Below, piece by piece: positions 27,018 to 35,275 of a stretch of DNA of 36,675 bases. The position numbers and the translations under genes are program-made. The DNA is taken from positions 1 to 36,675 of IMG/VR virus record IMGVR_UViG_3300029925_000066. One strand, 5' to 3'. Positions within the stretch are counted from its first letter, which is position 1. Each line of letters opens with the position of its first letter. This DNA is from a virus. Lineage: Duplodnaviria; Caudoviricetes. The notes beneath the pieces were generated by a model that was not told the DNA's origin, searched no databases, and saw nothing but the letters and a program-made list of their open reading frames with translations.

Positions 27018-27848
27018 ATTTTTCCTGAGTTGTTCTCTCGTAATGCCCAATTTCCGCCCAGCCTCATGAAAACTACAGTATTTTATTCCATCAATAGTTA
27101 TCGGTTTCTGGATTGGTCTTCCTATCCGGTCCTGTTGGAATTTCTTAATTCTTGCTTTATCTGATTTGGTTGGATTAAGATATTTGTACTCAGGCCATAA
27201 GTCATTTCTGATTCTATTGTACACTAGTGTTACACTAACACCGATAGACTTTGCCGCACAATTAATACTTTCATACTCAATTCCTGAAATCATTACGGGT
27301 TTGTATTGAGCCACACGATTTATTTTTCTTTGTGCTCCGGCGTCCGAGCGTAGTTCGTCGTCCTTGGTTGGGGTTTCGTAATTATGGTCTGGGAAATTGG
27401 GACTAGCAATCCGGTGTCGGATTGCTTTGGTAGTTATACCTAAAGCTCTTGCGGCTGCTATCACACTTTCATACCGATGACCAACACATACGCATGGTTT
27501 ACCAACTGATTTTATCACCCGCCTTTTATTCTCCGCTTTTTGTTGGGGCGTGTATTTGTAACCAGATACGCCATCCCCTCCTTCGGTAAGATTCCGAAGA
27601 ATTCCTGTACCGTTGTCCTTACGTCCGTACTGGGCAATCAAGACCTCTTCCAAATTCAATGCATCTTGTTCGTCAAGATCATCAAGAAAGATTTTAATTC
27701 TCGCAGGATCATAGGGTTTGTTTACTATTCTAACAGTTGACCATGCACGACGTTTAGACCCCTTACCAATATAATAAGGAGTTCCATCTTCCCGGAGATA
27801 CATATAGACGTAAAATCGTTTTGGGGTATAAATATTTTTGCTGGTCAT
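26991..27848 (-). CDS. Free-standing GIY-YIG homing endonuclease (Seg-like) with three NUMOD1/HTH-like repeats; start reassigned to MTSKN
   Basis: YVYMY...PYYIGKG...R, E..LI..YGR and LRNLT.GG motifs; three KP.....Y.S...A...LG repeats; AGGAG ribosome-binding site. Confidence 0.9.
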   Translation of the reverse strand: MTSKNIYTPKRFYVYMYLREDGTPYYIGKGSKRRAWSTVRIVNKPYDPARIKIFLDDLDEQDALNLEEVLIAQYGRKDNGTGILRNLTEGGDGVSGYKYTPQQKAENKRRVIKSVGKPCVCVGHRYESVIAAARALGITTKAIRHRIASPNFPDHNYETPTKDDELRSDAGAQRKINRVAQYKPVMISGIEYESINCAAKSIGVSVTLVYNRIRNDLWPEYKYLNPTKSDKARIKKFQQDRIGRPIQKPITIDGIKYCSFHEAGRKLGITREQLRKNLVYNHDSF

Positions 27849-27928
27849 AAAAACTCCTTGCTTGGCTAGAATGACCGGAGACTGCAATCTCGTGGGTCAT
27901 ATCTATTTATACAAGCAAGGAGTTTTTA
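27848..27928 (-). promoter_or_regulatory. Hairpin sequestering the ribosome-binding site (17-bp arms) with late promoter TATAAATA (27904-27911) in its loop
   Basis: TAAAAACTCCTTGCTTG at 27848-27864 is the exact reverse complement of CAAGCAAGGAGTTTTTA at 27912-27928. Confidence 0.85.
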
Positions 27929-28048
27929 AATTGTCGGGTGTTGTGTTTAGCTAGATCGACTCATGAAGTGATCCCACTAGCAGGAACCCGAAGGCAACAC
28001 AAACTCTATACGACGGCCCGACGCCCACCGTGTTAGATAGGGATCACC

Positions 28049-28384
28049 CTAACCAATTATTCGATCTTTTATTGGAACAAACCCGGCAGGATAACCGCTC
28101 GGATGTGGAATAGGCATAATACGACGAATGCCGTTAGGATATTCTTCGATCCGTACACCCGGTACGAAGGTTAAGGCCTCGGCGACATTGTCACCTTGTT
28201 GGGTAGTCACTTGAATGACACAACCCACACCTTCGATTTCCATGGCCTTGGTTGACTTCATCCAATCTTCCTCTTTGGAAGACGCCTTGGAAATCAATCT
28301 GAATGTGTGGGGATCACCAAAGAATTTAATATCTTTGATGTTGTCCTTCGCGGTCTTTACCGCGTCAATATCTAGTGTTTTCAT
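28049..28384 (-). CDS. Conserved phage hypothetical protein
   Basis: KASS..E.WMKSTKAMEI.G.GC..QVTTQQ...VAEAL.FVPGV pattern; GGAG ribosome-binding site. Confidence 0.8.
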   Translation of the reverse strand: MKTLDIDAVKTAKDNIKDIKFFGDPHTFRLISKASSKEEDWMKSTKAMEIEGVGCVIQVTTQQGDNVAEALTFVPGVRIEEYPNGIRRIMPIPHPSGYPAGFVPIKDRIIG

Positions 28385-28442
28385 CGTATTTTCTCCAAAA
28401 TATGGTCAAAATGGGCTGTTTTAGGGTATTTTAGGGTGAATT

Positions 28443-28667
28443 TCACCCCTTTGGGAGGGTTTTTCTCCAGTCACTGAACTTATTTTCAAGAGTCGTGAGA
28501 ATTTTCCCAATAAATATCAATAAGCACACAACAACCAACGCAAATGATATGAACATCCATCCCACAATAGGTATCTGTACCGCCAAGTACACTATCGCAC
28601 CCAGTATCGCGAGAAGGAAAGCCCACCAAATACCCAACAGAATGTTATGTACAAGTTTTTGTGTCAT
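28443..28667 (-). CDS. Small membrane protein (two hydrophobic segments)
   Basis: Two long hydrophobic runs; ATGA overlap with the upstream gene. Confidence 0.7.
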   Translation of the reverse strand: MTQKLVHNILLGIWWAFLLAILGAIVYLAVQIPIVGWMFISFALVVVCLLIFIGKILTTLENKFSDWRKTLPKG

Positions 28668-29248
28668 AGTGATATACCCCGTGCTTTTAGTTCATTAATG
28701 ATGTTATGATAGATCGGTGCAACCCACATATGGCGTCCATAACGCCCGAGACCTGAGGTATTATTGTATAAATCGATCAAGCCCGTCAATTCTTCGGTGG
28801 ACAGAGAACGATAATATGCCGCAACAACTTGCTCGCGATTTGTGAACCAGCTTTCAAGCAACAATTTATTATTTTCCAGCTCGGGACGGCCTTCTTCATT
28901 ACCTTCCACCACCATCTGTTCGGCCCAATCCCGTTCATCGAAGTAGTCCATCAGTTCGATTGATCCATCGCCTCCATTAATTCGTGTCGAGCAATGGACC
29001 TTGGTCACCCTGTACCAGCGAACTCCTGCGTCAAGGATCGGCTTAATCCTATATTCAACCCAAGAATAATCCGGGCGTGGTCCATAGTGAGCCTCCAGTT
29101 CCCCGCATGTTTTGTTATGGGGTGCAAATGCATCCACACACAATGTGGTAGGATCATATACCACGTCAGCGTCCGGCAGGTCACCAAAGTCATCCTCTTG
29201 TTGCTTACCAAGCATACGTGTAAACCAATTACTCATTTTTCTCATCAT
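28664..29248 (-). CDS. Hypothetical protein
   Basis: 194-aa ORF, translationally coupled at both ends. Confidence 0.75.
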   Translation of the reverse strand: MMRKMSNWFTRMLGKQQEDDFGDLPDADVVYDPTTLCVDAFAPHNKTCGELEAHYGPRPDYSWVEYRIKPILDAGVRWYRVTKVHCSTRINGGDGSIELMDYFDERDWAEQMVVEGNEEGRPELENNKLLLESWFTNREQVVAAYYRSLSTEELTGLIDLYNNTSGLGRYGRHMWVAPIYHNIINELKARGISL

Positions 29249-29505
29249 CCTCTATGATTTTCTTTTCGACCAACCCGTAATTCTGCCGCGATTGCAATAT
29301 AGGCCTTCTTCTGTGTGATCCAATGATCCTTGCCACGCGCTGCCTCTTGGGTCCGCTGATGCTTGCACTCACACCAGTTGGCCATGGCGTAAGCATTGTC
29401 AATAGCAAGGGAATAATCTTCGGCCCACCATCCCGATCTGTCTGCCTGTGCGGCCTTCATTTGTTTGGGTGATAGATTACTAATCACTTCCACCCTCCAT
29501 CTCAC
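29245..29505 (-). CDS. Hypothetical protein
   Basis: 86-aa ORF in the tightly packed operon; start uncertain. Confidence 0.55.
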   Translation of the reverse strand: MRWRVEVISNLSPKQMKAAQADRSGWWAEDYSLAIDNAYAMANWCECKHQRTQEAARGKDHWITQKKAYIAIAAELRVGRKENHRG

Positions 29506-29671
29506 GTATCAGGGCTGGCACAATAACCAGAAGTATGATTGGTACGACCCATATCACGTTTGTGATAATCTCAGTCCAAACCAAGAATATCATGACAACG
29601 ATGCCAATAAACCCTATGGTCTGAAGTATCAATAAAAATAAATTTTTCATCATGAGGGCACCATACCACAT
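29480..29671 (-). CDS. Small membrane protein (two hydrophobic segments)
   Basis: Hydrophobic ORF; the start is probably at MMKN. Confidence 0.6.
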   Translation of the reverse strand: MWYGALMMKNLFLLILQTIGFIGIVVMIFLVWTEIITNVIWVVPIILLVIVPALIREMEGGSD

Positions 29672-29683
29672 CTCAAACCGTTG

Positions 29684-29959
29684 TCAATTGTTTATTTCCA
29701 TCATTTCATCAATCGATATGCGGGGGATGTTAGGACTTGGTTTTGATGAAGGCCGCACAGTTGTATTATTTCGAATCTTGGAACCATACATCAGTTTCTG
29801 AAGCATCATCAGTTTCCGGCCATTACGTGCAACCAAAAGATAGGCAACGCTTTTGTCCGAAGCTTGGGCGAGCACGATATAGGGCTCGGCTTCGGTGTAA
29901 TATGTCGTAATCCCGTCTTGGTTAAACCGCCATATCCTGTATGCATAGATATTACTCAT
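29684..29959 (-). CDS. RN-family paralog 1
   Basis: AY...KIRN...NIPRISIDEM. Confidence 0.75.
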   Translation of the reverse strand: MSNIYAYRIWRFNQDGITTYYTEAEPYIVLAQASDKSVAYLLVARNGRKLMMLQKLMYGSKIRNNTTVRPSSKPSPNIPRISIDEMMEINN

Positions 29960-29973
29960 GTCATCTATAGCTC

Positions 29974-30294
29974 TTAAGAGTCACTGTTTCCACCCATCTT
30001 TGCTTCCATTTGTTCTATAGAGAGTTGGGTAACATTCTTCAATGATGGCCTAACAAACGAGTTTGTTCCTGAATTTCGGACAGGGAACCGCATAAGCATA
30101 TTTAAGAGTGCGATGTCGTGGTTCCTTGTGCTGGGATTATAGATCAGCACAGCGCTCCCCTTGGGTGGCATTGGACACCAACCCACTATAAGATCATAGT
30201 CATATATGTTGACTGTAGGGACTATGTTGAAATCATTGTCGTACTTGAATGTGTAGCATTTACACGAATCCCAATCTTTGAATGTTCCCATCAT
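29974..30294 (-). CDS. RN-family paralog 2
   Basis: CY...PVRN...LKNVTQLSIEQM. Confidence 0.75.
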   Translation of the reverse strand: MMGTFKDWDSCKCYTFKYDNDFNIVPTVNIYDYDLIVGWCPMPPKGSAVLIYNPSTRNHDIALLNMLMRFPVRNSGTNSFVRPSLKNVTQLSIEQMEAKMGGNSDS

Positions 30295-30581
30295 GGTTTA
30301 TCCTTCATCAGTTTCATCATATCGGCATATGCCATCCGTCCTACATTATTCATGGAGGGCTGTACACCTTTATTATCCCCCAAGTTCCGGGTAGGATATA
30401 TGACCAACATACTGTTCAGTGATATCTTGTACGCATCACATGCATTACTATAGATCAGCACATAGCTGTCAGTCTTTCCGTTGTTGGGGCAATGGGCAAT
30501 AACAGACCAATCCCCCGAGACATCATGGGTCCAGTATCCAACCCCTTTGTGGTGACATAGTGTGTAACATATCCGTTCCAT
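30291..30581 (-). CDS. RN-family paralog 3
   Basis: CY...PTRN...MNNVGRMAYADM. Confidence 0.75.
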   Translation of the reverse strand: MERICYTLCHHKGVGYWTHDVSGDWSVIAHCPNNGKTDSYVLIYSNACDAYKISLNSMLVIYPTRNLGDNKGVQPSMNNVGRMAYADMMKLMKDKP

Positions 30582-30883
30582 TATTCCATATCCCTTACTG
30601 TTTCCATATCCTCATATGCCACATGGGGTACGTTATTGAGTTCGGGATGGCGGCCTGTCGACGTACCCCGGTTCCGAATAGGGGACAGGCAAAGATCATG
30701 TAAAAATTTTATGAAATAGAAATTATTGGTGACGTTGAAAAGCAAGACATGGACATATCTGTTATTATGGGAAATACACCATCCCTTTATGATATGGTGA
30801 ACATTATTATTTGTGGTGAAACGCATATTGCCATCACTAAAGTCTGGCTCATAATCTAAGGTATATACCCGTGTATCAAGCAT
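30581..30883 (-). CDS. RN-family paralog 4
   Basis: VY...PIRN...LNNVPHVAYEDM. Confidence 0.75.
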   Translation of the reverse strand: MLDTRVYTLDYEPDFSDGNMRFTTNNNVHHIIKGWCISHNNRYVHVLLFNVTNNFYFIKFLHDLCLSPIRNRGTSTGRHPELNNVPHVAYEDMETVRDME

Positions 30884-31151
30884 TGATTAGGCGCTCCTGC
30901 ATTTGATCAAAGGATATATAGGGCACATTCTTTATCCATCGTTGTGTCCTTGGGTGATTAATTTGTTTATTTCTTAGAGGCACCGGCATAACACTCTGCC
31001 CCATGGATAGATAGTACGCCCCATCATCATGGTCACGTATCAGAAGGCGAATATTTCCACTACCTGTATCATGACCACCCACGATATCATAACAGGCACC
31101 GGTCTTGTACCCTTTGTTGTAAAAAGAAATGGCCCAACATAATTTACTCAT
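30876..31151 (-). CDS. RN-family paralog 5
   Basis: CW...PLRN...IKNVPYISFDQM. Confidence 0.75.
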   Translation of the reverse strand: MSKLCWAISFYNKGYKTGACYDIVGGHDTGSGNIRLLIRDHDDGAYYLSMGQSVMPVPLRNKQINHPRTQRWIKNVPYISFDQMQERLINA

Positions 31152-31215
31152 CTCGTATCCTCACCATTCGATCAAAGGATATGACAGGTATATTGTTAAG
31201 GGAAACATGGCACAT
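31144..31215 (-). pseudogene. C-terminal remnant or mini-ORF of an RN-family paralog
   Basis: MCHVSLNNIPVISFDRMVRIRDE matches the C-terminal motif of paralogs 4 and 5. Confidence 0.6.
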
Positions 31216-31216
31216 A

Positions 31217-31480
31217 TTATTGGTAATACATCCTTCTCCTTGTCCTCATAGTCATGTAGCACATGACCCGAACATTCTTCCCTGTCATGTCCGGAGGATG
31301 AATGTGGGTTCTATTCCTTATCTTACAAGCAGTAAGAGAATTGGCAGGATGTATCTCCAAGGTCTGGGTAACAGTGTCCTCCACCAAAAAGTTATTCATA
31401 AGAGTTCGGGCAATAACTTTTTGGGGAGTACGTGTGTAATATGTACCATTGCTCGCCCGATGTACGATATAGCATTTCAT
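31217..31480 (-). CDS. RN-family paralog 6
   Basis: MKCY...KIRN...KNVRVMCYMTM. Confidence 0.75.
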   Translation of the reverse strand: MKCYIVHRASNGTYYTRTPQKVIARTLMNNFLVEDTVTQTLEIHPANSLTACKIRNRTHIHPPDMTGKNVRVMCYMTMRTRRRMYYQ

Positions 31481-31740
31481 CGACTCTTCCCCACACCAAC
31501 GATATTAAAATTGTGTGTAGCCAGAGTCTCGATCTCCATGGCATAATTCCTTATAGGATAGGGCGTAAGGTCTTCGGAGCAAAGAAAAATATATTCTTCC
31601 TTAACATGATCCCATGCAATAACATCATGATCGTCTGGAGTATCCTTCACTCTTCGAAACAAGACATCAACGGGCTGGATATAAGTCTGATAGACAATCA
31701 AGCCATTAACCCGTCCGATATAATGTCTATAACATTTCAT
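31477..31740 (-). CDS. RN-family paralog 7
   Basis: MKCY...PIRN...HNF. Confidence 0.7.
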   Translation of the reverse strand: MKCYRHYIGRVNGLIVYQTYIQPVDVLFRRVKDTPDDHDVIAWDHVKEEYIFLCSEDLTPYPIRNYAMEIETLATHNFNIVGVGKSR

Positions 31741-32003
31741 AACGCATACCGTTGACGATTGGCACTCATCTCAGCCATTGTAACACGAGGTATATTCCTA
31801 AGGTTTATGTAGCTCCCGGTATAATTATTATTATTTCTGTGATGTAGGGGAGAGATTATATCATGGGTTAATACAGCCTTCTCCTTCTCCTTGTCCTCAT
31901 AGTGTACGAGTAAGAGGGGAATATTATATTTGTCACCCGCCCATGATAAGACAGTAATCCTACGGGGCTTTGATCCCCCAAATATTATGTGGTAACCAAT
32001 CAT
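31737..32003 (-). CDS. RN-family paralog 8
   Basis: MIGY...HHRN...INLRNIPRVTMAEM. Confidence 0.75.
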   Translation of the reverse strand: MIGYHIIFGGSKPRRITVLSWAGDKYNIPLLLVHYEDKEKEKAVLTHDIISPLHHRNNNNYTGSYINLRNIPRVTMAEMSANRQRYAL

Positions 32004-32006
32004 ATC

Positions 32007-32252
32007 TCACACACTCTCCTCAGAATAGAATATACGAGGTATATTCCTAAGATTGATGAATTGTTTTCTCGTGTTATAGCAAGGATTTCTATGGGGCACA
32101 ACAGCAATTTCGTCCCATGGTATAACCCAATTTACTCCTGAATCAATTATGGTGATCATAATAAAAATCCTTCCCTCCGAATTCTGGTGCCATGCCTTTA
32201 TACGAACCGCTATAGGGTTGGGGTTATCATGACATATCCAATAACCTAGCAT
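32007..32252 (-). CDS. RN-family paralog 9
   Basis: MLGY...PHRNPCY...INLRNIPRI. Confidence 0.75.
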   Translation of the reverse strand: MLGYWICHDNPNPIAVRIKAWHQNSEGRIFIMITIIDSGVNWVIPWDEIAVVPHRNPCYNTRKQFINLRNIPRIFYSEESV

Positions 32253-32255
32253 GAG

Positions 32256-32486
32256 TCAAGCTTTCTTTATATTTCTTAATGGGAGCGGGGTCGGACAACA
32301 TAAAGGACGTAAATTACGCCACCTATTACGACATCTTGTGGTGCTAAGACAAGACTGATGAACAGTCTGATATTTACCATCGCAATGGCGTTGAATCAAT
32401 ATCTCATAGCCTGTCTCTATACCTATAGAGTATGAGATAATGGTTACGGGCTCCCGATGCCCTTCTGAGTTGAGGTATGCGATCAT
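32256..32486 (-). CDS. RN-family paralog 10 (start reassigned to MIAY)
   Basis: MIAY...RCRN...LPLRNIKK. Confidence 0.65.
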   Translation of the reverse strand: MIAYLNSEGHREPVTIISYSIGIETGYEILIQRHCDGKYQTVHQSCLSTTRCRNRWRNLRPLCCPTPLPLRNIKKA

Positions 32487-32599
32487 TTTAATCTTCGTAT
32501 ATAAGAGAGATGAGTTATTATCAGTAGGGATTTTGATTATTGGTTCTATTACCAATAGTTAATGTTAGGTATTCGTTGTGATGAAGAAGAATATTTTAA

Positions 32600-32884
32600 T
32601 TATTTGCATTCTTTTATACAGTGTTTTATTATTATCCATGCGACTTTACGAACATTTCGAAGGTCAATGATCTGCTTTTCCCTGTAATAGCAAGGATTTC
32701 TGTATGGTTGTCCAGTCAGTTCAGCTTGGATAACGACTCTTCGCTGCTGAAGACTTTTGTCAATCACCAAAACATATATTTTACCGTTCTCAGGCTCTGC
32801 AGCCCAGTAAATCACGTCAAAGACTGTCGAGGTTGTCCGATCATAGAGATTGTTCTCGCCCGTGTCAAGGAAATAACCTAACAT
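32600..32884 (-). CDS. RN-family paralog 11
   Basis: MLGY...PYRNPCY...IDLRNVRKV. Confidence 0.75.
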   Translation of the reverse strand: MLGYFLDTGENNLYDRTTSTVFDVIYWAAEPENGKIYVLVIDKSLQQRRVVIQAELTGQPYRNPCYYREKQIIDLRNVRKVAWIIIKHCIKECK

Positions 32885-32893
32885 TTCATAGAC

Positions 32894-33166
32894 TCAGGGG
32901 TGAGTCTTCAGCTTGTCAATGTCATCAATATCGATGTCCAAGCCTTGCCTGTCTATCAATTCTCCACCCTGATCATAAAAGATTGGAGCGATTACGACAC
33001 CATTCTTCTCAGCATGTTCAAAGATAACCTCACCAATCTGGACGATGGACTCATCATAACGCATGGCCTGACTACAAGAGCCTGCATAGGTCACGAAGAA
33101 TAGTCCAGAGCTTTCCTCTTGCTCGACAAGAAGCTCAAGCCCTTTGTTTTCAAATATAATATTCAT
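32894..33166 (-). CDS. Acidic hypothetical protein (start reassigned to MNIIF)
   Basis: ATGA overlap with the upstream gene and a GAGGA ribosome-binding site. Confidence 0.65.
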   Translation of the reverse strand: MNIIFENKGLELLVEQEESSGLFFVTYAGSCSQAMRYDESIVQIGEVIFEHAEKNGVVIAPIFYDQGGELIDRQGLDIDIDDIDKLKTHP

Positions 33167-33408
33167 TTCTTTTCCTCTTGTGATTTCATCCGAGCACCCT
33201 GAATCTTCGGCAAGTTCTTGTATAGCAGGGCTGGAGGGGATATGCAAGCATTATTTCGTGGTTCGGACTCAGCAATATGACGGAGTTGCCTGACATAAAG
33301 AGTTCTTTTGATCCTCACAAGGATTTTCACGTCGCCACCAACCCTTGACCATGCAAGAGCTTGAGCCGGTTTGCCATCCATGATCAAATAACAGGGCTTG
33401 CCATCCAT
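33163..33408 (-). CDS. RN-family paralog 12
   Basis: CY...LAW...KILV...EPRN...YKNLPKI. Confidence 0.65.
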   Translation of the reverse strand: MDGKPCYLIMDGKPAQALAWSRVGGDVKILVRIKRTLYVRQLRHIAESEPRNNACISPPALLYKNLPKIQGARMKSQEEKK

Positions 33409-33411
33409 GAT

Positions 33412-33756
33412 CTATTTGGTCACCGTAACGATTGTATTGCCCTTTAGAATAAGGGAATAATTGTTTTGTTTGACCTTCGTGGCTCCCATGATCATCGCGC
33501 TCTTAACCTCTTTGGTAAGGAGTTCACGCCTCACCTCTTCGAAGTCAAAGTCATAGACTCGCTCAAGATATCTAATCACAGCATGATCAGTAACCCTTGG
33601 AGCCCGCCGTGCTTCAGCCAATTTATTGTTAGTGTCTATGAGGTTAGTGACAAGATCATTAATTTTTCTTTGAACAGGCTTGATACTCTCCTTAAGATCA
33701 TCGATCTCTACTCGTAGAGCCTTGCTCTCATTGAGATATTTGTCCTTGATGTTCAT
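33412..33756 (-). CDS. Coiled-coil plus (V)TDHA..RY.ER domain protein
   Basis: N-terminal heptads, then VTDHAVIRYLER...IVTV, a pattern reminiscent of RelE-like folds. Confidence 0.65.
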   Translation of the reverse strand: MNIKDKYLNESKALRVEIDDLKESIKPVQRKINDLVTNLIDTNNKLAEARRAPRVTDHAVIRYLERVYDFDFEEVRRELLTKEVKSAMIMGATKVKQNNYSLILKGNTIVTVTK

Positions 33757-33802
33757 GTGTCCTCATTCCTCATCTTCGTCTGGATGGTGTACACTCCTAA
33801 GA

Positions 33803-34099
33803 TTAGGAGTTCAAGAATTCATAGGGTTCTAACTCAATCTCACCAGCCTTGTCAATAAGAATGTTGGCTATGGGTTTGACTGCCACAACATAAGAGCCGG
33901 GAGCAGAGCATAGAGTAGCAGCCTTGTGTAGCTTTTGATAGAAATCCCCAGTAATATCATGGAGTAAGCCACCTTCTTCATCCTCTACTTGGACGATAAG
34001 AAAGGATGGGACGGCATCCTTTGGAGGCCCTTGAGACAGCAGAGCACCAAGGATCTGCTGTCTCATCAAAGAATATCTTTCTTTTTGGGTCATGTTCAA
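33803..34099 (-). CDS. Hypothetical protein
   Basis: 98-aa ORF. Confidence 0.65.
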   Translation of the reverse strand: MNMTQKERYSLMRQQILGALLSQGPPKDAVPSFLIVQVEDEEGGLLHDITGDFYQKLHKAATLCSAPGSYVVAVKPIANILIDKAGEIELEPYEFLNS

Positions 34100-34369
34100 T
34101 GGTAGAATCTTTCAATAAAGGGGCGTAATACGCAAGATTTGTTCACTATCCCCTAGGGTTTATAGAAAGAATCTTCTAAAATAGGGTCATTTTAGGGTAA
34201 ATAACGCAATATTTTCCCATTGAGGCTCTAAATTAGAGCCATTCGGGCCATTATAGCCCGTCCAAGCATGGTCATGGTAATATATTCAGTCTTTATGGCT
34301 CTAATTCCTTATTCTCATAGCGAGTCTTCATTTTAAATCTCTAGCTATAGCTAGGAATCTATTACTTTC

Positions 34370-34606
34370 CTATAGGGAAACTATAGACTTTCGGGCTGCT
34401 TTAATAGCCTCCCATTCCTTCATGGAGACAAAAGTCATGACTTCATAGCCAGTATCAAGACCTTTTAGGGCTATTCCAGTCACATTACTGGCTTTGTGGG
34501 CAACTTGTGCGAAGGATCGAGCCACCGAAGCAGTCTTAAACTTCAATGTGACGTAGGTTTCTGTTCCATCATCGTTCTTGATGGCCATTTCAGCGTCGAT
34601 GTCCAT
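34370..34606 (-). CDS. Hypothetical protein flanked by direct repeats
   Basis: 78-aa ORF with an AAGGA ribosome-binding site. Confidence 0.7.
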   Translation of the reverse strand: MDIDAEMAIKNDDGTETYVTLKFKTASVARSFAQVAHKASNVTGIALKGLDTGYEVMTFVSMKEWEAIKAARKSIVSL

Positions 34607-34665
34607 TTTTAAATCCTTAAGTATAGCTAGGAATCTATTACTTTTCTCTAGGGAAACTATAGACT

Positions 34666-34980
34666 TTAGGTAGCCTCAAACCCCATACCACTGAAGGCCT
34701 TGATCATCATGGCGTCGCTGTCACTGTTCCATAAGTCAAGCTCCATGGCAGACATCATGTGACAGACCGCAAATTTATTTTCTAAAACTCTGTGACCATC
34801 TGCTATAGCTTGCAACATGAAGGCAACGCTGCTTGTTCGATCAGCTGCTTGCGCAAAGAATATGATGGCCTTCATTGTCGACACACCTTCGTGTGAGTGC
34901 ATGACTGAGAGATAACGAATGGCTTCCATGTATTCTTTGTGAGTACGAGGGTCAAGACACTTTGGTTTCGCGATGTTCAT
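34666..34980 (-). CDS. Hypothetical protein, paralog of 35978..36298
   Basis: EAIRYLS...CH..SA.EL.LWN. Confidence 0.75.
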   Translation of the reverse strand: MNIAKPKCLDPRTHKEYMEAIRYLSVMHSHEGVSTMKAIIFFAQAADRTSSVAFMLQAIADGHRVLENKFAVCHMMSAMELDLWNSDSDAMMIKAFSGMGFEAT

Positions 34981-35029
34981 GATGAGTACTTGGCTCTAAT
35001 CTTAGAGCCTCTCCTTATGGGCTTGAAAT

Positions 35030-35275
35030 TCAGGCTTCAGTCTTGAGTGATAGGAGAGCTGTGGCTATGACATCAATCCGATCAGGATGAATCTCATCAT
35101 CATTCTTTACAGCCTCGCGAAGAGTATGAACAACATCACTCCAGAATGAATGATCGTAACTGTTCAGATTCCAGTCCCATCCAGTATACATGGCGGCTAT
35201 AACATGTTCATAATGCATATCATATAGAGTTTTGATAAGATTGCTGATGAATACTTTGCTTGGCTTGGTTTGCAT
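35030..35275 (-). CDS. Hypothetical protein, distant W-x8-W family member
   Basis: WDWNLNSYDHSFW..V. Confidence 0.7.
   Translation of the reverse strand: MQTKPSKVFISNLIKTLYDMHYEHVIAAMYTGWDWNLNSYDHSFWSDVVHTLREAVKNDDEIHPDRIDVIATALLSLKTEA

Noticed and set aside
27930-28048. tRNA or hammerhead ribozyme
   Set aside because: No cloverleaf or T-loop and no CUGANGA/GAAA core on either strand; kept only as an unassigned structured element.
28419-28438. TTTAGGG telomere-like tandem (also near 34190)
   Set aside because: Only two short copies; probably chance or a weak local motif.
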